The notes: generated from the sequence alone by a model not told the origin. DNA of 64,000 nt from Desulfobacterales bacterium (GCA_037481615.1 JBBFLI010000020.1); one strand, 5' to 3'. Shown: positions 25,679 to 34,941, numbered from the stretch's first letter. Numbers and translations: made by a program.

Positions 25679-26081
25679 GTTCCCGCATGATGCAGCGGTT
25701 CATGACCACGTCGATCCCGGCCCGCCTCAGGCGCTCGGCGGCCTCCGGGTGTTCGATCCCCTCCTGCATCCAGAAGGCCCGCGGCCTGAGGCGCAGGGCC
25801 TCCTCCGCGTGCGCCGGGATCTGGTCCGCCCGGCGGAAGACGTCCACGATGTCGACCGTGCCGGGGATGTCCTCGAGCGAGGGGTAGGCCTTCTCTCCCA
25901 AGATTTCCGCCTGCGCGGGCCGCACGGGGATGATCCGGTAGCCCCGGCCCTGGAGGTAGGCCGCTACCCGGTGCGAGTCCCGATCCGGCTTCGGGCTGAT
26001 CCCGACCACGGCGATCGTCTTGGCCGATGTGAGCAACGCGCGGATTTCCTCGTCCTGGGCCAGGATGCGTCCCTCGCTCAT
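25659..26081 (-). CDS. CoA-binding domain protein (YccU-like)
   Basis: KTIAVVGISPKPDRDSHRVAAYLQGRGYRIIPVRP...AYPSLEDIPGTVDIVDVFRR...FWMQEGI is a CoA_binding_2-type Rossmann. Confidence 0.8.
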   Translation of the reverse strand: MSEGRILAQDEEIRALLTSAKTIAVVGISPKPDRDSHRVAAYLQGRGYRIIPVRPAQAEILGEKAYPSLEDIPGTVDIVDVFRRADQIPAHAEEALRLRPRAFWMQEGIEHPEAAERLRRAGIDVVMNRCIMREHARLLG

Positions 26082-26200
26082 GCGCACCACCCCTGCTTGC
26101 CGCACGCCGCGTGCGGGTGCTATAGGCGGAATTCCAGCGAAGCCTAATTCAGCGGCCGCAGGGTGTCAACCGGCGCCGCGCGGAAGGAGCCCCGGCGGGC

Positions 26201-28879
26201 ATGCGGGCAAAGGAAGCGATCTACCTCATCGACGGCACGGCCTACATCCACCGCGCCTTCCACGCCATCCAGGGGCTCACCAACTCCCGCGGCCTCCCCA
26301 CGAACGCCGTCTTCGGCTTCACCCGGATGCTTCTCAAGCTGATCGAGGACCACCGCCCCCGGCAGGCGGCCGTCTTCTTCGACGCCCGGGGCCCGACCTT
26401 CCGCCACGAGATCTACCCGGCCTACAAGGCGAACCGTCCGCCCATGGCCGAGGAGATGGCGGTCCAGATCCCCTGGATCCGCCGCCTCGTCGAGGCCTAC
26501 CGCATCCCGGCCTTCGAGATTCCCGGCTTCGAGGCCGACGACCTGATCGGCACGGTCGGACGGCGGCTCTCCGCCGCGGGCCGGGCGGTCGTGGTGGTGA
26601 CGGGCGACAAGGATTTCGTGCAGCTCGTCGACGAGCGCCTGCGGCTGTGGGACCCCATGAAGGACCGCGAGACCGACCTCGAAACCGTGCGGCGGGAACT
26701 CGGCATCGAGCCCGCCCAGGTGATCGAGGTCATGGGCCTCGCCGGCGACGCCACCGACAACATCCCCGGCGTGCCGGGGGTCGGCCCGAAGACGGCGCTC
26801 GAGCTCGTGCGGAGCTTCGGCACGCTCGAGGGGCTCTACGCCGGAATCGACCGGGTCGCGCGGCCGAAGCTCCGGGAGGCCCTGCTCGCCCATCGCGAGC
26901 AGGCGTTCCTCAGCCGGAGGCTCGCCACGATCCGCACCGATGCGCCCTTCGAACCCCCGCTCGAGGCCTTCGAGCTCCGCGACCCCGATGTGCCGGCGCT
27001 CGCCGCGCTCTTCCGCGAGCTCGAATTCCGCCAGCTCCAGCACCGCCTGCCCGCGGTCCAGGCCCGGCCGGTCAAGGACTACCGCGACGTCCTGACCGAG
27101 GAGGCGCTCGCGGCGCTGATCGCGCGGCTGGCGGGCGCCGGGCGCTTTGCGCTCGACACCGAGACCACCTCGCGGGATCCCATGCGGGCCGAGCTGGTCG
27201 GGCTCTCGTTCGCCGTGCAGCCCGACGAGGCCTTCTACATCCCCTGCGGCCACCGCTACCTCGGGGCGCCCGCCCAGTTGCCCCGCGAGTTGGTCCTCGC
27301 GCGGCTTCGCCCGCTGCTCGAGGACGCCGCCCTCGGCAAGGTGGGCCAGCACGTGAAGTACGACGCGATCGTGCTGGCGCGGCACGGGGTGCGCCTGGCG
27401 GGGGTGGTCTTCGACACGATGCTCGCCTCCTATCTCCTCGACCCCTCCAAGCGCGCCCACAGCCTGGACCAGATCGCCCTCGATTTCCTGGACCACCGGC
27501 CGATCGCTTTCGAAGAGCTGGTCGGCCGCCGACGGGGGGTGGAGACCTTCGCCGAGGTGCCCCTCGAGCAGGCCGTGCCTTATGCCTGCGAGGACGCCGA
27601 TCTGACCCTGCAGGCGGCCCGTCTCCTCGAGGAGCGCCTCGAGGAGACGGGGCTGAAGCCGCTCCTCGAAACGGTGGAGCTCCCCCTCGTCCCCGTCCTC
27701 GTGCGCATGGAGATGCGGGGGGTGGCCGTCGACCGCGCGCGGCTCGAGGCGCTTTCGCAATACTTCGCGCGGCAGCTCGAAGGGATCGAGGAGGAGATCT
27801 ACCGGCTGGCCGGCGAGCGCTTCAACATCCACTCGAGCCAGCAGCTCGGGGCCGTGCTCTTCGAGAAGCTCAAGCTTCCGGTGCAGAAAAAGACCCGCAA
27901 GAAGACCGCTTACTCGACCGACGTCGACGTGCTCTCGGCGCTCGCCCGCGAACACCCGCTGCCCGCCCTGGTGCTGCGCCAGCGCTCGCTCGCCAAGCTC
28001 AAGTCCACCTACGCCGACGCCCTGATCGGCCTCATCCACCCGGAGACCGGGCGCATCCACACCTCCTACCACCAGGCCGCGACCGCCACCGGGCGGCTGT
28101 CCAGCTCGGAGCCGAACCTCCAGAACATCCCCATCCGTACCGAGGAAGGCCGCGAGATCCGTCGCGCCTTCGTCCCGCAGCCGGGCTGGCGGATGCTTTC
28201 GGCCGATTATTCGCAGATCGAACTGCGCATCCTGGCCCACTGCTCGGAGGACGACACCCTGCTCGGCGCCTTCCGCAGGGGCGAGGACATCCACACGCGC
28301 ACCGCCTGCGAGGTTTTCGAAGTCTCCCCCGCGGAGGTGACCCCGGAGCTCCGGCGGCAGGCGAAGGCGATCAACTTCGGCATCCTCTACGGCATGAGCC
28401 CCTTCGGGCTGGCCCGGCAGCTCGAGATCAGCCCGAAGACGGCGAAGACCTACATCGAGCACTACTTCGCGCGCTACCCGGGGGTGCGCCGCTTCATCGA
28501 GCGCACGACGGAGGAGGCGCGGCAGAAGCGGCAGACGAGCACGCTGCTCGGCCGGATCCGCAGGCTGCCCGACATCGCCAGCTCCAACCCCGTCGTGCGC
28601 CAAGCGGCCGAGCGCATGGCGATCAACACCCCCATCCAGGGATCGGCGGCCGACCTGATCAAGCTCGCCATGATCCGCATCGACGCCGAGCTGTCCGCCT
28701 CCGGGATGCAGGCGGCGATGCTGCTCACGGTGCACGACGAGCTCGTCTTCGAGGCCCCGCCCGAGGAGGTCGAGGAGCTTGCGCGCCGGGTGAAGGCCGT
28801 GATGGAGGGGATCTGGGAACTGCGGGTGCCGCTGGTCGTCAATACGGCAACGGGAGAAACGTGGGCGGATGCGCACTGA
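26201..28879 (+). CDS. polA: DNA polymerase I
   Basis: 892 aa. 5' nuclease (LIDGTAYIHRAFHA), 3'-5' exonuclease region (ALDTETTS), and polymerase motifs (DYSQIELRILAH, RRQAKAINFGILYGMS, LTVHDELVFE). Confidence 0.97.
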   Translation: MRAKEAIYLIDGTAYIHRAFHAIQGLTNSRGLPTNAVFGFTRMLLKLIEDHRPRQAAVFFDARGPTFRHEIYPAYKANRPPMAEEMAVQIPWIRRLVEAYRIPAFEIPGFEADDLIGTVGRRLSAAGRAVVVVTGDKDFVQLVDERLRLWDPMKDRETDLETVRRELGIEPAQVIEVMGLAGDATDNIPGVPGVGPKTALELVRSFGTLEGLYAGIDRVARPKLREALLAHREQAFLSRRLATIRTDAPFEPPLEAFELRDPDVPALAALFRELEFRQLQHRLPAVQARPVKDYRDVLTEEALAALIARLAGAGRFALDTETTSRDPMRAELVGLSFAVQPDEAFYIPCGHRYLGAPAQLPRELVLARLRPLLEDAALGKVGQHVKYDAIVLARHGVRLAGVVFDTMLASYLLDPSKRAHSLDQIALDFLDHRPIAFEELVGRRRGVETFAEVPLEQAVPYACEDADLTLQAARLLEERLEETGLKPLLETVELPLVPVLVRMEMRGVAVDRARLEALSQYFARQLEGIEEEIYRLAGERFNIHSSQQLGAVLFEKLKLPVQKKTRKKTAYSTDVDVLSALAREHPLPALVLRQRSLAKLKSTYADALIGLIHPETGRIHTSYHQAATATGRLSSSEPNLQNIPIRTEEGREIRRAFVPQPGWRMLSADYSQIELRILAHCSEDDTLLGAFRRGEDIHTRTACEVFEVSPAEVTPELRRQAKAINFGILYGMSPFGLARQLEISPKTAKTYIEHYFARYPGVRRFIERTTEEARQKRQTSTLLGRIRRLPDIASSNPVVRQAAERMAINTPIQGSAADLIKLAMIRIDAELSASGMQAAMLLTVHDELVFEAPPEEVEELARRVKAVMEGIWELRVPLVVNTATGETWADAH

Positions 28880-28893
28880 GCGGGCGCAGCGGC

Positions 28894-29109
28894 TCAGGCG
28901 TTCCGCGGGCGTCCGCGGGGGGCGGGCTCCTTCGGCGGCTCCGCCGGCGGGGAAGCGGCGGGGCGTGCGGAGCGCACGGTCTCCTCGACCGTGCGGTAGA
29001 TGTTCTGGAAAGCCTCGGCGAACCCGCTCGGCGAAAGCCGCCCGCACTCGATGAACTTGATGACGACTTCCTTGGCGGTTTTGAGGATCTGCTCGTCGAT
29101 CGAGGCCAT
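28894..29109 (-). CDS. Small hypothetical protein (71 aa)
   Basis: MASIDEQILKTAKEVVIKFIECGRLSPSGFAEAFQNIYRTVEETV followed by a Pro-rich tail. Coding-like codon usage, no family recognised. Confidence 0.45.
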   Translation of the reverse strand: MASIDEQILKTAKEVVIKFIECGRLSPSGFAEAFQNIYRTVEETVRSARPAASPPAEPPKEPAPRGRPRNA

Positions 29110-29280
29110 GGGGGGGAAGGCCGCCTTTCCGGCGGGGAACCCCCGCCGCGTGCAGGGTTGCGCTACCAGAAAGGGGTCGGCCTGTCAAATCCGCGGGCGG
29201 GGCGCGGTTTGACAGCGAAGCGGCCCTCGGCTAACTTTCCCGGCCGGCCGCGGCGGCCGAGTCCGGGGGGGATTTCAGCG

Positions 29281-30261
29281 ATGGGAAACCAGATGAGGGG
29301 CGGGCACAGGGCCCGGGGCGCCGGGACGGCGGCGGTGATCCTTGCGGTCTTCCTGATCGCCTCCGCCTGCTCCACCCTGCGGGACGCCGCCCGGAGCACG
29401 GGACGCGTGCTGGGGGATGCGGGGCGCAGCGTGGGGGAGACCTTCTCCCCCGGCACCCGCCCCGGGGGGCTTCGGCTTCCCGTGGCGGTCTTCGCGGGCG
29501 ACGGCCTCTCGACCCCCGCCGCGGCCGATGCCGCCGCGCGCCTCCAGCGCCATCTGGAAAAACACCTGGAAACCCGCTGCGGCGGAATCCTTCTCGACGC
29601 CGAATTTCCGCGGTTGCTCGTCTCCCCCCCGCGTCTTTCCTCCGGGGGGATCGACGGTCACGCGCTCGCCCTTCTTGCCCGGCCCCGCGGGGTCAGCGAT
29701 GTCGTCGTCGGAACCCCGCTCGAGCCCTGGATCGAGGAGGAAAAGACCGGCTTCTGGCTCTGGAAGGGGATCCGCACGCGGGTGGGGATGGGCCTGCGGC
29801 TGGAGATCTTCGACGTCGAAACCGGCGGGAAGAGTCTGGATGAGCGCTTCTGGGAGGAGACCTCCGTCGATCTCGAACCGGAGGTGCCGGGGACGGCGGT
29901 CCCCTTCGAAAAGATCCCGCCCGCGGTGGTCGAAACCTTGCAGGGGCGGCTCTTCGCCGAGGCCGCCCGCGGCGCCTGCCGCGCGCTCGCGGCCCGGCCG
30001 TGGCGCGGATTCGTCGTCGCCGCGGAAGGGCGCGAGCTCACGATTGCCGCCGGGCGCGGCACGGGTCTTCGCGAGGGCCAGCGGCTCGAGGTGTTCGCCG
30101 CCGGCCGCAGCCTGGTCAACCGGGAGGGGCAGCGTTTCTTCCTGCCCGGCGGGAGGGTCGGCGAGGCGCGGATCCGCTCCGTCGGCGAGCTGCGCTCGGT
30201 CGCCGTGCTCGAGGAAACCCTTTCCGCCGAGGTCGGGGCGACGGTGCGCCTGAAACCCTGA
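29281..30261 (+). CDS. Probable lipoprotein, unknown function
   Basis: MGNQMRGGHRARGAGTAAVILAVFLIASAC is a signal peptide with a lipobox-like ASAC. It occupies only the 3' end of the spurious 26020-30261 ORF. Confidence 0.6.
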   Translation: MGNQMRGGHRARGAGTAAVILAVFLIASACSTLRDAARSTGRVLGDAGRSVGETFSPGTRPGGLRLPVAVFAGDGLSTPAAADAAARLQRHLEKHLETRCGGILLDAEFPRLLVSPPRLSSGGIDGHALALLARPRGVSDVVVGTPLEPWIEEEKTGFWLWKGIRTRVGMGLRLEIFDVETGGKSLDERFWEETSVDLEPEVPGTAVPFEKIPPAVVETLQGRLFAEAARGACRALAARPWRGFVVAAEGRELTIAAGRGTGLREGQRLEVFAAGRSLVNREGQRFFLPGGRVGEARIRSVGELRSVAVLEETLSAEVGATVRLKP

Positions 30262-30281
30262 AGCGAGGCGGGCCGCCGAAC

Positions 30282-30536
30282 ATGAAAGACGAACGAGGCC
30301 TCTACTACTATCCTTCCCCCGGCAACCCCCGCGTGCGCATGTACGTGAAGGAAGAGGACGGGGTCGTCTGGTTCCGCCTCTGGAACGCGGACGACCCCGA
30401 GCTCTGGCGGCAGCACGACTGGGTCCCTTACGGCGCCATCCTCAAGGCGGCCGAGATGTACACCGGCAAGGCCTTCGATCCCCGGCGCGCCTACGACATC
30501 GAGATCGCCCGCGCTCTGCTCGACCAGGGTGAATGA
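30282..30536 (+). CDS. Small conserved-looking hypothetical protein (84 aa)
   Basis: MKDERGLYYYPSPGNPRVRMYVKEEDGVVWFRLWNADDPELWRQHDWVPYGAILKAAEMY... It is tightly packed between the lipoprotein and helicase genes. Confidence 0.55.
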   Translation: MKDERGLYYYPSPGNPRVRMYVKEEDGVVWFRLWNADDPELWRQHDWVPYGAILKAAEMYTGKAFDPRRAYDIEIARALLDQGE

Positions 30537-30543
30537 AGCGGGA

Positions 30544-31929
30544 ATGGGCGAACTCCTCATCCGCCTCGAAAACCGGCTGCTGCTCCAGGGGGTTCCCGAA
30601 GCCCTGCGCGAATGGCTCACGCAGACGCTCGAATTCCCCAACCCCCGCTACCTGGAAAACGAGCGGCTCGGCCGTTGGAACCGGGGGGTCCCCCGCCGGC
30701 TGCGGTTCCACCGCCGGGCGGGCGCGGACGGCATGATCGTTCCCCGCGGCTTCCTGCGCCAGATCCTCCTCGCCTGCCGCCGCCTCGGGATCCCCTGCCG
30801 CCTCGAAGACCGTCGCCGCAGCCTGCCCCCGGTCGATTTCCGCTTCCGCGCCGAACTGCGCCCCTTTCAGCGCGTCGCGGTGGCGCGGATGCTCGAGCGC
30901 GACTTCGGCACGCTCAGCGCCCCGGCCGGCTCGGGAAAGACCGTGATGGCGCTCGCCATGGTCGCCGCCCGGCGCCAGCCCACGCTCGTCGTCGTCCACA
31001 CCCGGGAACTCGCCGAGCAGTGGACGGAGCGGATCGCCTCCTTCCTCGGGATCCCCCCCGGGGCCTGCGGCCGGATCGCGGGGGGACGGGTCCGCCTCGG
31101 AGAGGCGATCACCGTCGCCCTGGTCCAGTCGCTCTACCCCCGTGCGGCGGAAGTCGCCCGGGAAATCGGCTTCCTCATCGTCGACGAATGCCACCGCTGC
31201 CCGAGCCGCACCTTCACCGAGGCGGTCACGGCCTTCGATTCCCGGTACATGCTCGGCCTCTCGGCGACCCCCTTCCGCCGCGACGGCCTTTCCCGCCTCA
31301 TCTTCTGGCACCTCGGGGACCGGCACCACGAGATCGAGGAAAGGGACCTGCGCGCGAGCGGCGCCCGGCTGCCGGTCGAGGTGGTGCTCCGCGAGACGGC
31401 TTTTCACTCCTTTCACGATCCGGTGAGCGAATACAGCCGCATGCTCTCCGAGCTCACCGCAGACCCCGAGAGAAACCGCCTGATCGCGGCCGACGTGGCT
31501 GCGGAGGCGCTGGCGCACGGCGGCGTCTGCCTGATCCTCTCCGATCGGCGGGCGCACTGCGAGGCCCTGCGGACCCTCCTTCACTATCGGCACCGCCTCG
31601 CGAGCGAGCTGCTGACCGGCGAGATGAGCCCCGAGGAACGCGAGGGCGTCGTCGCGCGCGTGAACGCCGGCGGCGTGCGGGTCGTGATCGCCACCGGGCA
31701 GCTGATCGGGGAGGGTTTCGACTGCCCGGCCCTTTCCACCCTCTTTCTCGCCACCCCCGTCCGCTTCAGCGGCCGGCTGATCCAGTACCTGGGCAGGGTC
31801 CTCCGGCCGGCGCCGGGAAAGGAAAAGGCACGGGTCTTCGACTATGTCGACGCCCGCGTGGAGACGCTGCTCAAGGCCGCCCTCGCGCGGCAGCGGCTCT
31901 ACCGCCGCCTCTGGCCGACGAACCCTTAG
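30544..31929 (+). CDS. Superfamily-2 DEAD/DEAH (ResIII-type) helicase with an about 110-aa N-terminal extension
   Basis: LRPFQRVAVARML...SAPAGSGKTVMAL (motif I), FLIVDECHR (motif II), GLSATPFRRDG (motif III), and a C-terminal RecA2 (VVIATGQLIGEGFDCP...RVLR). The start may be GTG 30529. Confidence 0.85.
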   Translation: MGELLIRLENRLLLQGVPEALREWLTQTLEFPNPRYLENERLGRWNRGVPRRLRFHRRAGADGMIVPRGFLRQILLACRRLGIPCRLEDRRRSLPPVDFRFRAELRPFQRVAVARMLERDFGTLSAPAGSGKTVMALAMVAARRQPTLVVVHTRELAEQWTERIASFLGIPPGACGRIAGGRVRLGEAITVALVQSLYPRAAEVAREIGFLIVDECHRCPSRTFTEAVTAFDSRYMLGLSATPFRRDGLSRLIFWHLGDRHHEIEERDLRASGARLPVEVVLRETAFHSFHDPVSEYSRMLSELTADPERNRLIAADVAAEALAHGGVCLILSDRRAHCEALRTLLHYRHRLASELLTGEMSPEEREGVVARVNAGGVRVVIATGQLIGEGFDCPALSTLFLATPVRFSGRLIQYLGRVLRPAPGKEKARVFDYVDARVETLLKAALARQRLYRRLWPTNP

Positions 31930-31990
31930 GGCTTGCATCCCCGCATACAAGCCGGATCGCCGATCTCGAAGGCGGCATTTCCCCCTGACC

Positions 31991-32025
31991 TTGCCTTTTC
32001 CTCACATTGTATTCTATAATACAAT
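31991..32025 (+). promoter_or_regulatory. Candidate promoter (TTGCCT-N18-TATAAT) overlapped by the perfect inverted repeat ATTGTAT-TCTATA-ATACAAT
   Basis: -35 at 31991-31996 and -10 at 32015-32020. The palindrome at 32006-32025 spans the -10. It lies in an isolated AT-rich patch 50 nt upstream of ATG 32076. Confidence 0.45.
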
Positions 32026-32075
32026 CCATCGAGCCTCCGGGGGCTTTTTCACCCCGGACGGGGAGGGGACGGCGG

Positions 32076-32840
32076 ATGAATGAAAAGAAATCGCCCGCGG
32101 GGATCCCCGCGATCGGCGGCGGCCCGCGAAATGCGCGCCTGCTGGGTTCCCTGCTCGAGGCTCCCGTCCCGAAACGGCTTTCCGAAGCCCAGGTGCGGAT
32201 CATCCTCGACGCCCTCGCCGGCTCGCGGGACCCGGCGCTCGTGGCGCGCTTTCCTGCGGTGCTCGCCCTGTGTGCGCGGCGCGGCCTGCGGGTCGACTTC
32301 CAGAAACTGCTCGCACGCCACTGGGGCAAAAGCCCCCGGCGCCGCAACCTCGAGGATCTGCTCTGCGTGAGCGCGGCTCTTCTCCGGCGGCTCGGTGTGC
32401 CGCCGCCGGCAGGCCTGGAGAAGATGGTCGCCGCGCTTCCGGCGCGCACGCCCCCCCCCGGTGCGGGAACCGAGCTGCAGCTCGCGGGGGGAACGAAGGT
32501 GGCGCTCTCGGAGCTCGAAGAAGCCGTGCGCCGGAGCGCGACCGGCTCGCCCGCCGCCGAGGTTTCCCCCCCCCTCCCCGCCGCGCCGCCTGTGACGGCC
32601 GCTTCCCTCGAGGAACTCGCCGGCAAGCTCGTGTTGCTCTTTCCGCAAAAGCAGATCGAGCTGATCATGAAACGGCTGCGCGGCGGGCCGTTTACCAAGA
32701 CCGAGCGGGAATACTTTTCGCGGGTCGTACGCAAGAAACTCGCCGCGGTCGCCGACCCCGCCGTCCAGGAGGCGGCCGCCCGACTTTCCCGCGGCCCGGG
32801 CGGGCGATCTCCGGCGTTTGAACCCTCCCGCCGGCCGTGA
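32076..32840 (+). CDS. Hypothetical protein (254 aa), Ala/Pro/Arg-rich
   Basis: SD GGAGGGGA, then ATG 32076. The C-terminal segment LLFPQKQIELIMKRLRGGPFTKTEREYFSRVVRKKL looks helical and HTH-like. No family recognised. Confidence 0.5.
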   Translation: MNEKKSPAGIPAIGGGPRNARLLGSLLEAPVPKRLSEAQVRIILDALAGSRDPALVARFPAVLALCARRGLRVDFQKLLARHWGKSPRRRNLEDLLCVSAALLRRLGVPPPAGLEKMVAALPARTPPPGAGTELQLAGGTKVALSELEEAVRRSATGSPAAEVSPPLPAAPPVTAASLEELAGKLVLLFPQKQIELIMKRLRGGPFTKTEREYFSRVVRKKLAAVADPAVQEAAARLSRGPGGRSPAFEPSRRP

Positions 32841-32860
32841 TAGGATGATTGCCTGCCGCC

Positions 32861-33472
32861 ATGAACCTTCTCTGTGAAATCGGCCTCCAGGCCGTCGAGG
32901 TGATGACGCTCGTCTTCGGCATCCTGGGGATGACGCTGGCGCTGCTCCTCTTGTTCGCCCCCCAGGCCGCGCGCAGCCTGAGCGAGACCCTGAACCGCTC
33001 CGTCGACCTCGACCGCCGGCTCGAGGTGCTCGACCGATCGATCGATACCGAACGCACGATCTACGGCCACCCGCGCCTCTTCGGGGCGGTTCTCACCGCC
33101 GGCTCGCTCTTCGCCCTCTTTTTCTTCCTCCTCCGCTTCGATGCCGCGGTGTTCTCCCGCGTCTTCTTCGGCCCCCACCACCACGCCCTCTCCGGCGAGA
33201 TCGTCTTCGCCGCGGTCGCCTGGGTGGGGCGGGTCGGCTGTGTCGCGGGGGTCCTGGTCGGGGTCGGGCTCATGCTCGTGCCTCGACGCGTGCGGGCGAT
33301 CGACGAGAAGATGAAGTCCCCGATCGAGACGCGCTCCTGGTTCGAGAAGCTCGAGCGTCCCCGAACCGGCATCGACCGGTGGGTTTTCCGCCACCCGGTG
33401 TCTTCCGGGCTGGCGGTCGGATCGGTATCGGGGGTCCTGATCGTGTTATCGGTGATCAATCTGCTGCGTTGA
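32861..33472 (+). CDS. Hypothetical membrane protein (about 4 TM)
   Basis: Hydrophobic segments VMTLVFGILGMTLALLLLFA, LFGAVLTAGSLFALFFFLL, IVFAAVAWVGRVGCVAGVLVGVGLMLV and GLAVGSVSGVLIVLSVI. Confidence 0.55.
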   Translation: MNLLCEIGLQAVEVMTLVFGILGMTLALLLLFAPQAARSLSETLNRSVDLDRRLEVLDRSIDTERTIYGHPRLFGAVLTAGSLFALFFFLLRFDAAVFSRVFFGPHHHALSGEIVFAAVAWVGRVGCVAGVLVGVGLMLVPRRVRAIDEKMKSPIETRSWFEKLERPRTGIDRWVFRHPVSSGLAVGSVSGVLIVLSVINLLR

Positions 33473-33487
33473 ACCCGGGAGGGTCTC

Positions 33488-33940
33488 GTGATCCGGATCC
33501 GGTTTTTTCCCCCTGAACGACTGGAAACGGCGTTCCCCTGGCCGTTGTGGGCGGTCGGCTGGCTGGCCGTGTTCCGCGCCTTCCTCTGGCTTGCCTGGGA
33601 GCCCGCGGCGGGCGAGGAGGTGTTGCGGCTTCTCGGCTGGAAGTATCTGCTCGGGGCGGCGCCGTATCTCGCCTGCGCGCTGGGGCTGTGGCGCAGGTGC
33701 CGCTGGGCGGCCTGGGGGGTGATCGGGCTTGCCGCGGCGGATCTCGCACTGCTGGCGGTCGCGCCGCGGAGCCTCTTCGCCTATCTCGTCGATTCGGAGA
33801 TCTTCCCCTTTTCGATCGCCCTCTCGATCGTCCTGCTCCTCTGCGGCGGGCCGCTGGGCGATGTCGCCGTTCTCGCGCTCTCGCCCCGGCTGCTGCGGGC
33901 GACCGCCGCCCGGTCCGGGCGGGCGGCCGGAGGCGGCTGA
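33488..33940 (+). CDS. Hypothetical membrane protein (about 4 TM)
   Basis: GTG start. TM-like runs WPLWAVGWLAVFRAFLWLAW, YLLGAAPYLACALGLW, AAWGVIGLAAADLALLAV and FPFSIALSIVLLLCGGPLG. Confidence 0.5.
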   Translation: MIRIRFFPPERLETAFPWPLWAVGWLAVFRAFLWLAWEPAAGEEVLRLLGWKYLLGAAPYLACALGLWRRCRWAAWGVIGLAAADLALLAVAPRSLFAYLVDSEIFPFSIALSIVLLLCGGPLGDVAVLALSPRLLRATAARSGRAAGGG

Positions 33941-34924
33941 TCAACGACCCGCGGCGGCGATCTCCGCCGCCGCGGCGGCGATCTCGTCCACGCTGGGGAT
34001 GCAGGCTTCCTCGAGGTTGCGGCTGTAAGGGATGGGCGTGTTCCGCCCCGCCAGGCGGCGAACCGGGGCGGCGAGCTCCCCCCAGGCCTCCTCCATGATC
34101 GTCGCCGCAAGATCCCCCCCGACTCCCCCGCGCCGGACCGCCTCGTGCACGATGAGCACCCGGCCCGTCTTGCGGGCCGAGGCGAGCAGGGCCTTGCGGT
34201 CGAGGGGGACGAGGCTTCGCAGGTCGAGGACCTCGGCCTCGATCCCGCGCTCTGCGAGCCGCTCGGCCGCCGCCAGGCACCGGTGGACCATGTAAGACCA
34301 GGACACCAGGGTCACGTCGCCGCCGCGGCGCTTCCAATCGGCGCACCCGAGGGGGAGCAGCGTCTCCTCCTCGGGCACCGGCCCGGAGACGGCATAGAGC
34401 CGCTTGTGCTCGATGAAGACGACGGGGTGATCGTCGCGGATGGCCGACTTGAGCAGGCCGTAGGCGTCCGCCGGGGTTGCGGGCATCACGACCTTCAGGC
34501 CGGGGACGTGGTAGAAGAGCGCCTCCAGGCTCTGGGAATGCTGCGCGGCGAGCCCCTCGCCCACCCCGCCCTGGGTGCGGATCACGAGCGGCAATCGCCG
34601 GCGGCCGCCGGAGATGAACTCGATCTTGGCCGCCTGGTTGACGATCTGATCCATGGCGAGCAGGGCGAAATCGATGAACAGCAGCTCGACCACCGGGCGA
34701 AGGCCGATCAGGGCGGCCCCCACCGCCATGCCCGTGAAGGAGGCCTCGGCGATCGGGGTGTCGATCACACGCTCCGGGCCGTAGCGGGCGAGCAGCCCCT
34801 CGGTCACCTTAAAGGAGCCGCCGCGCTCGGCGATCGTCTCCCCCAGCAGGAAAACGTGGGGGTCGCGCGCCATTTCCTCGTCCAGGGCGCGGCGCAGGGC
34901 TTCCCGATAAAGCAGTTCCGGCAT
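33941..34924 (-). CDS. TPP-dependent 2-oxoacid/acetoin dehydrogenase E1 component, beta subunit
   Basis: MPELLYREALRRALDEEMARDPHVFLLGE...RVIDTPIAEASFTGMAVGAA...QHSQSLEALFYHVPGLKVV...PVVFIEHK...LDLRSLVPLD. Confidence 0.9.
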   Translation of the reverse strand: MPELLYREALRRALDEEMARDPHVFLLGETIAERGGSFKVTEGLLARYGPERVIDTPIAEASFTGMAVGAALIGLRPVVELLFIDFALLAMDQIVNQAAKIEFISGGRRRLPLVIRTQGGVGEGLAAQHSQSLEALFYHVPGLKVVMPATPADAYGLLKSAIRDDHPVVFIEHKRLYAVSGPVPEEETLLPLGCADWKRRGGDVTLVSWSYMVHRCLAAAERLAERGIEAEVLDLRSLVPLDRKALLASARKTGRVLIVHEAVRRGGVGGDLAATIMEEAWGELAAPVRRLAGRNTPIPYSRNLEEACIPSVDEIAAAAAEIAAAGR

Positions 34925-34941
34925 GCGGGACCTCCGCCTCT

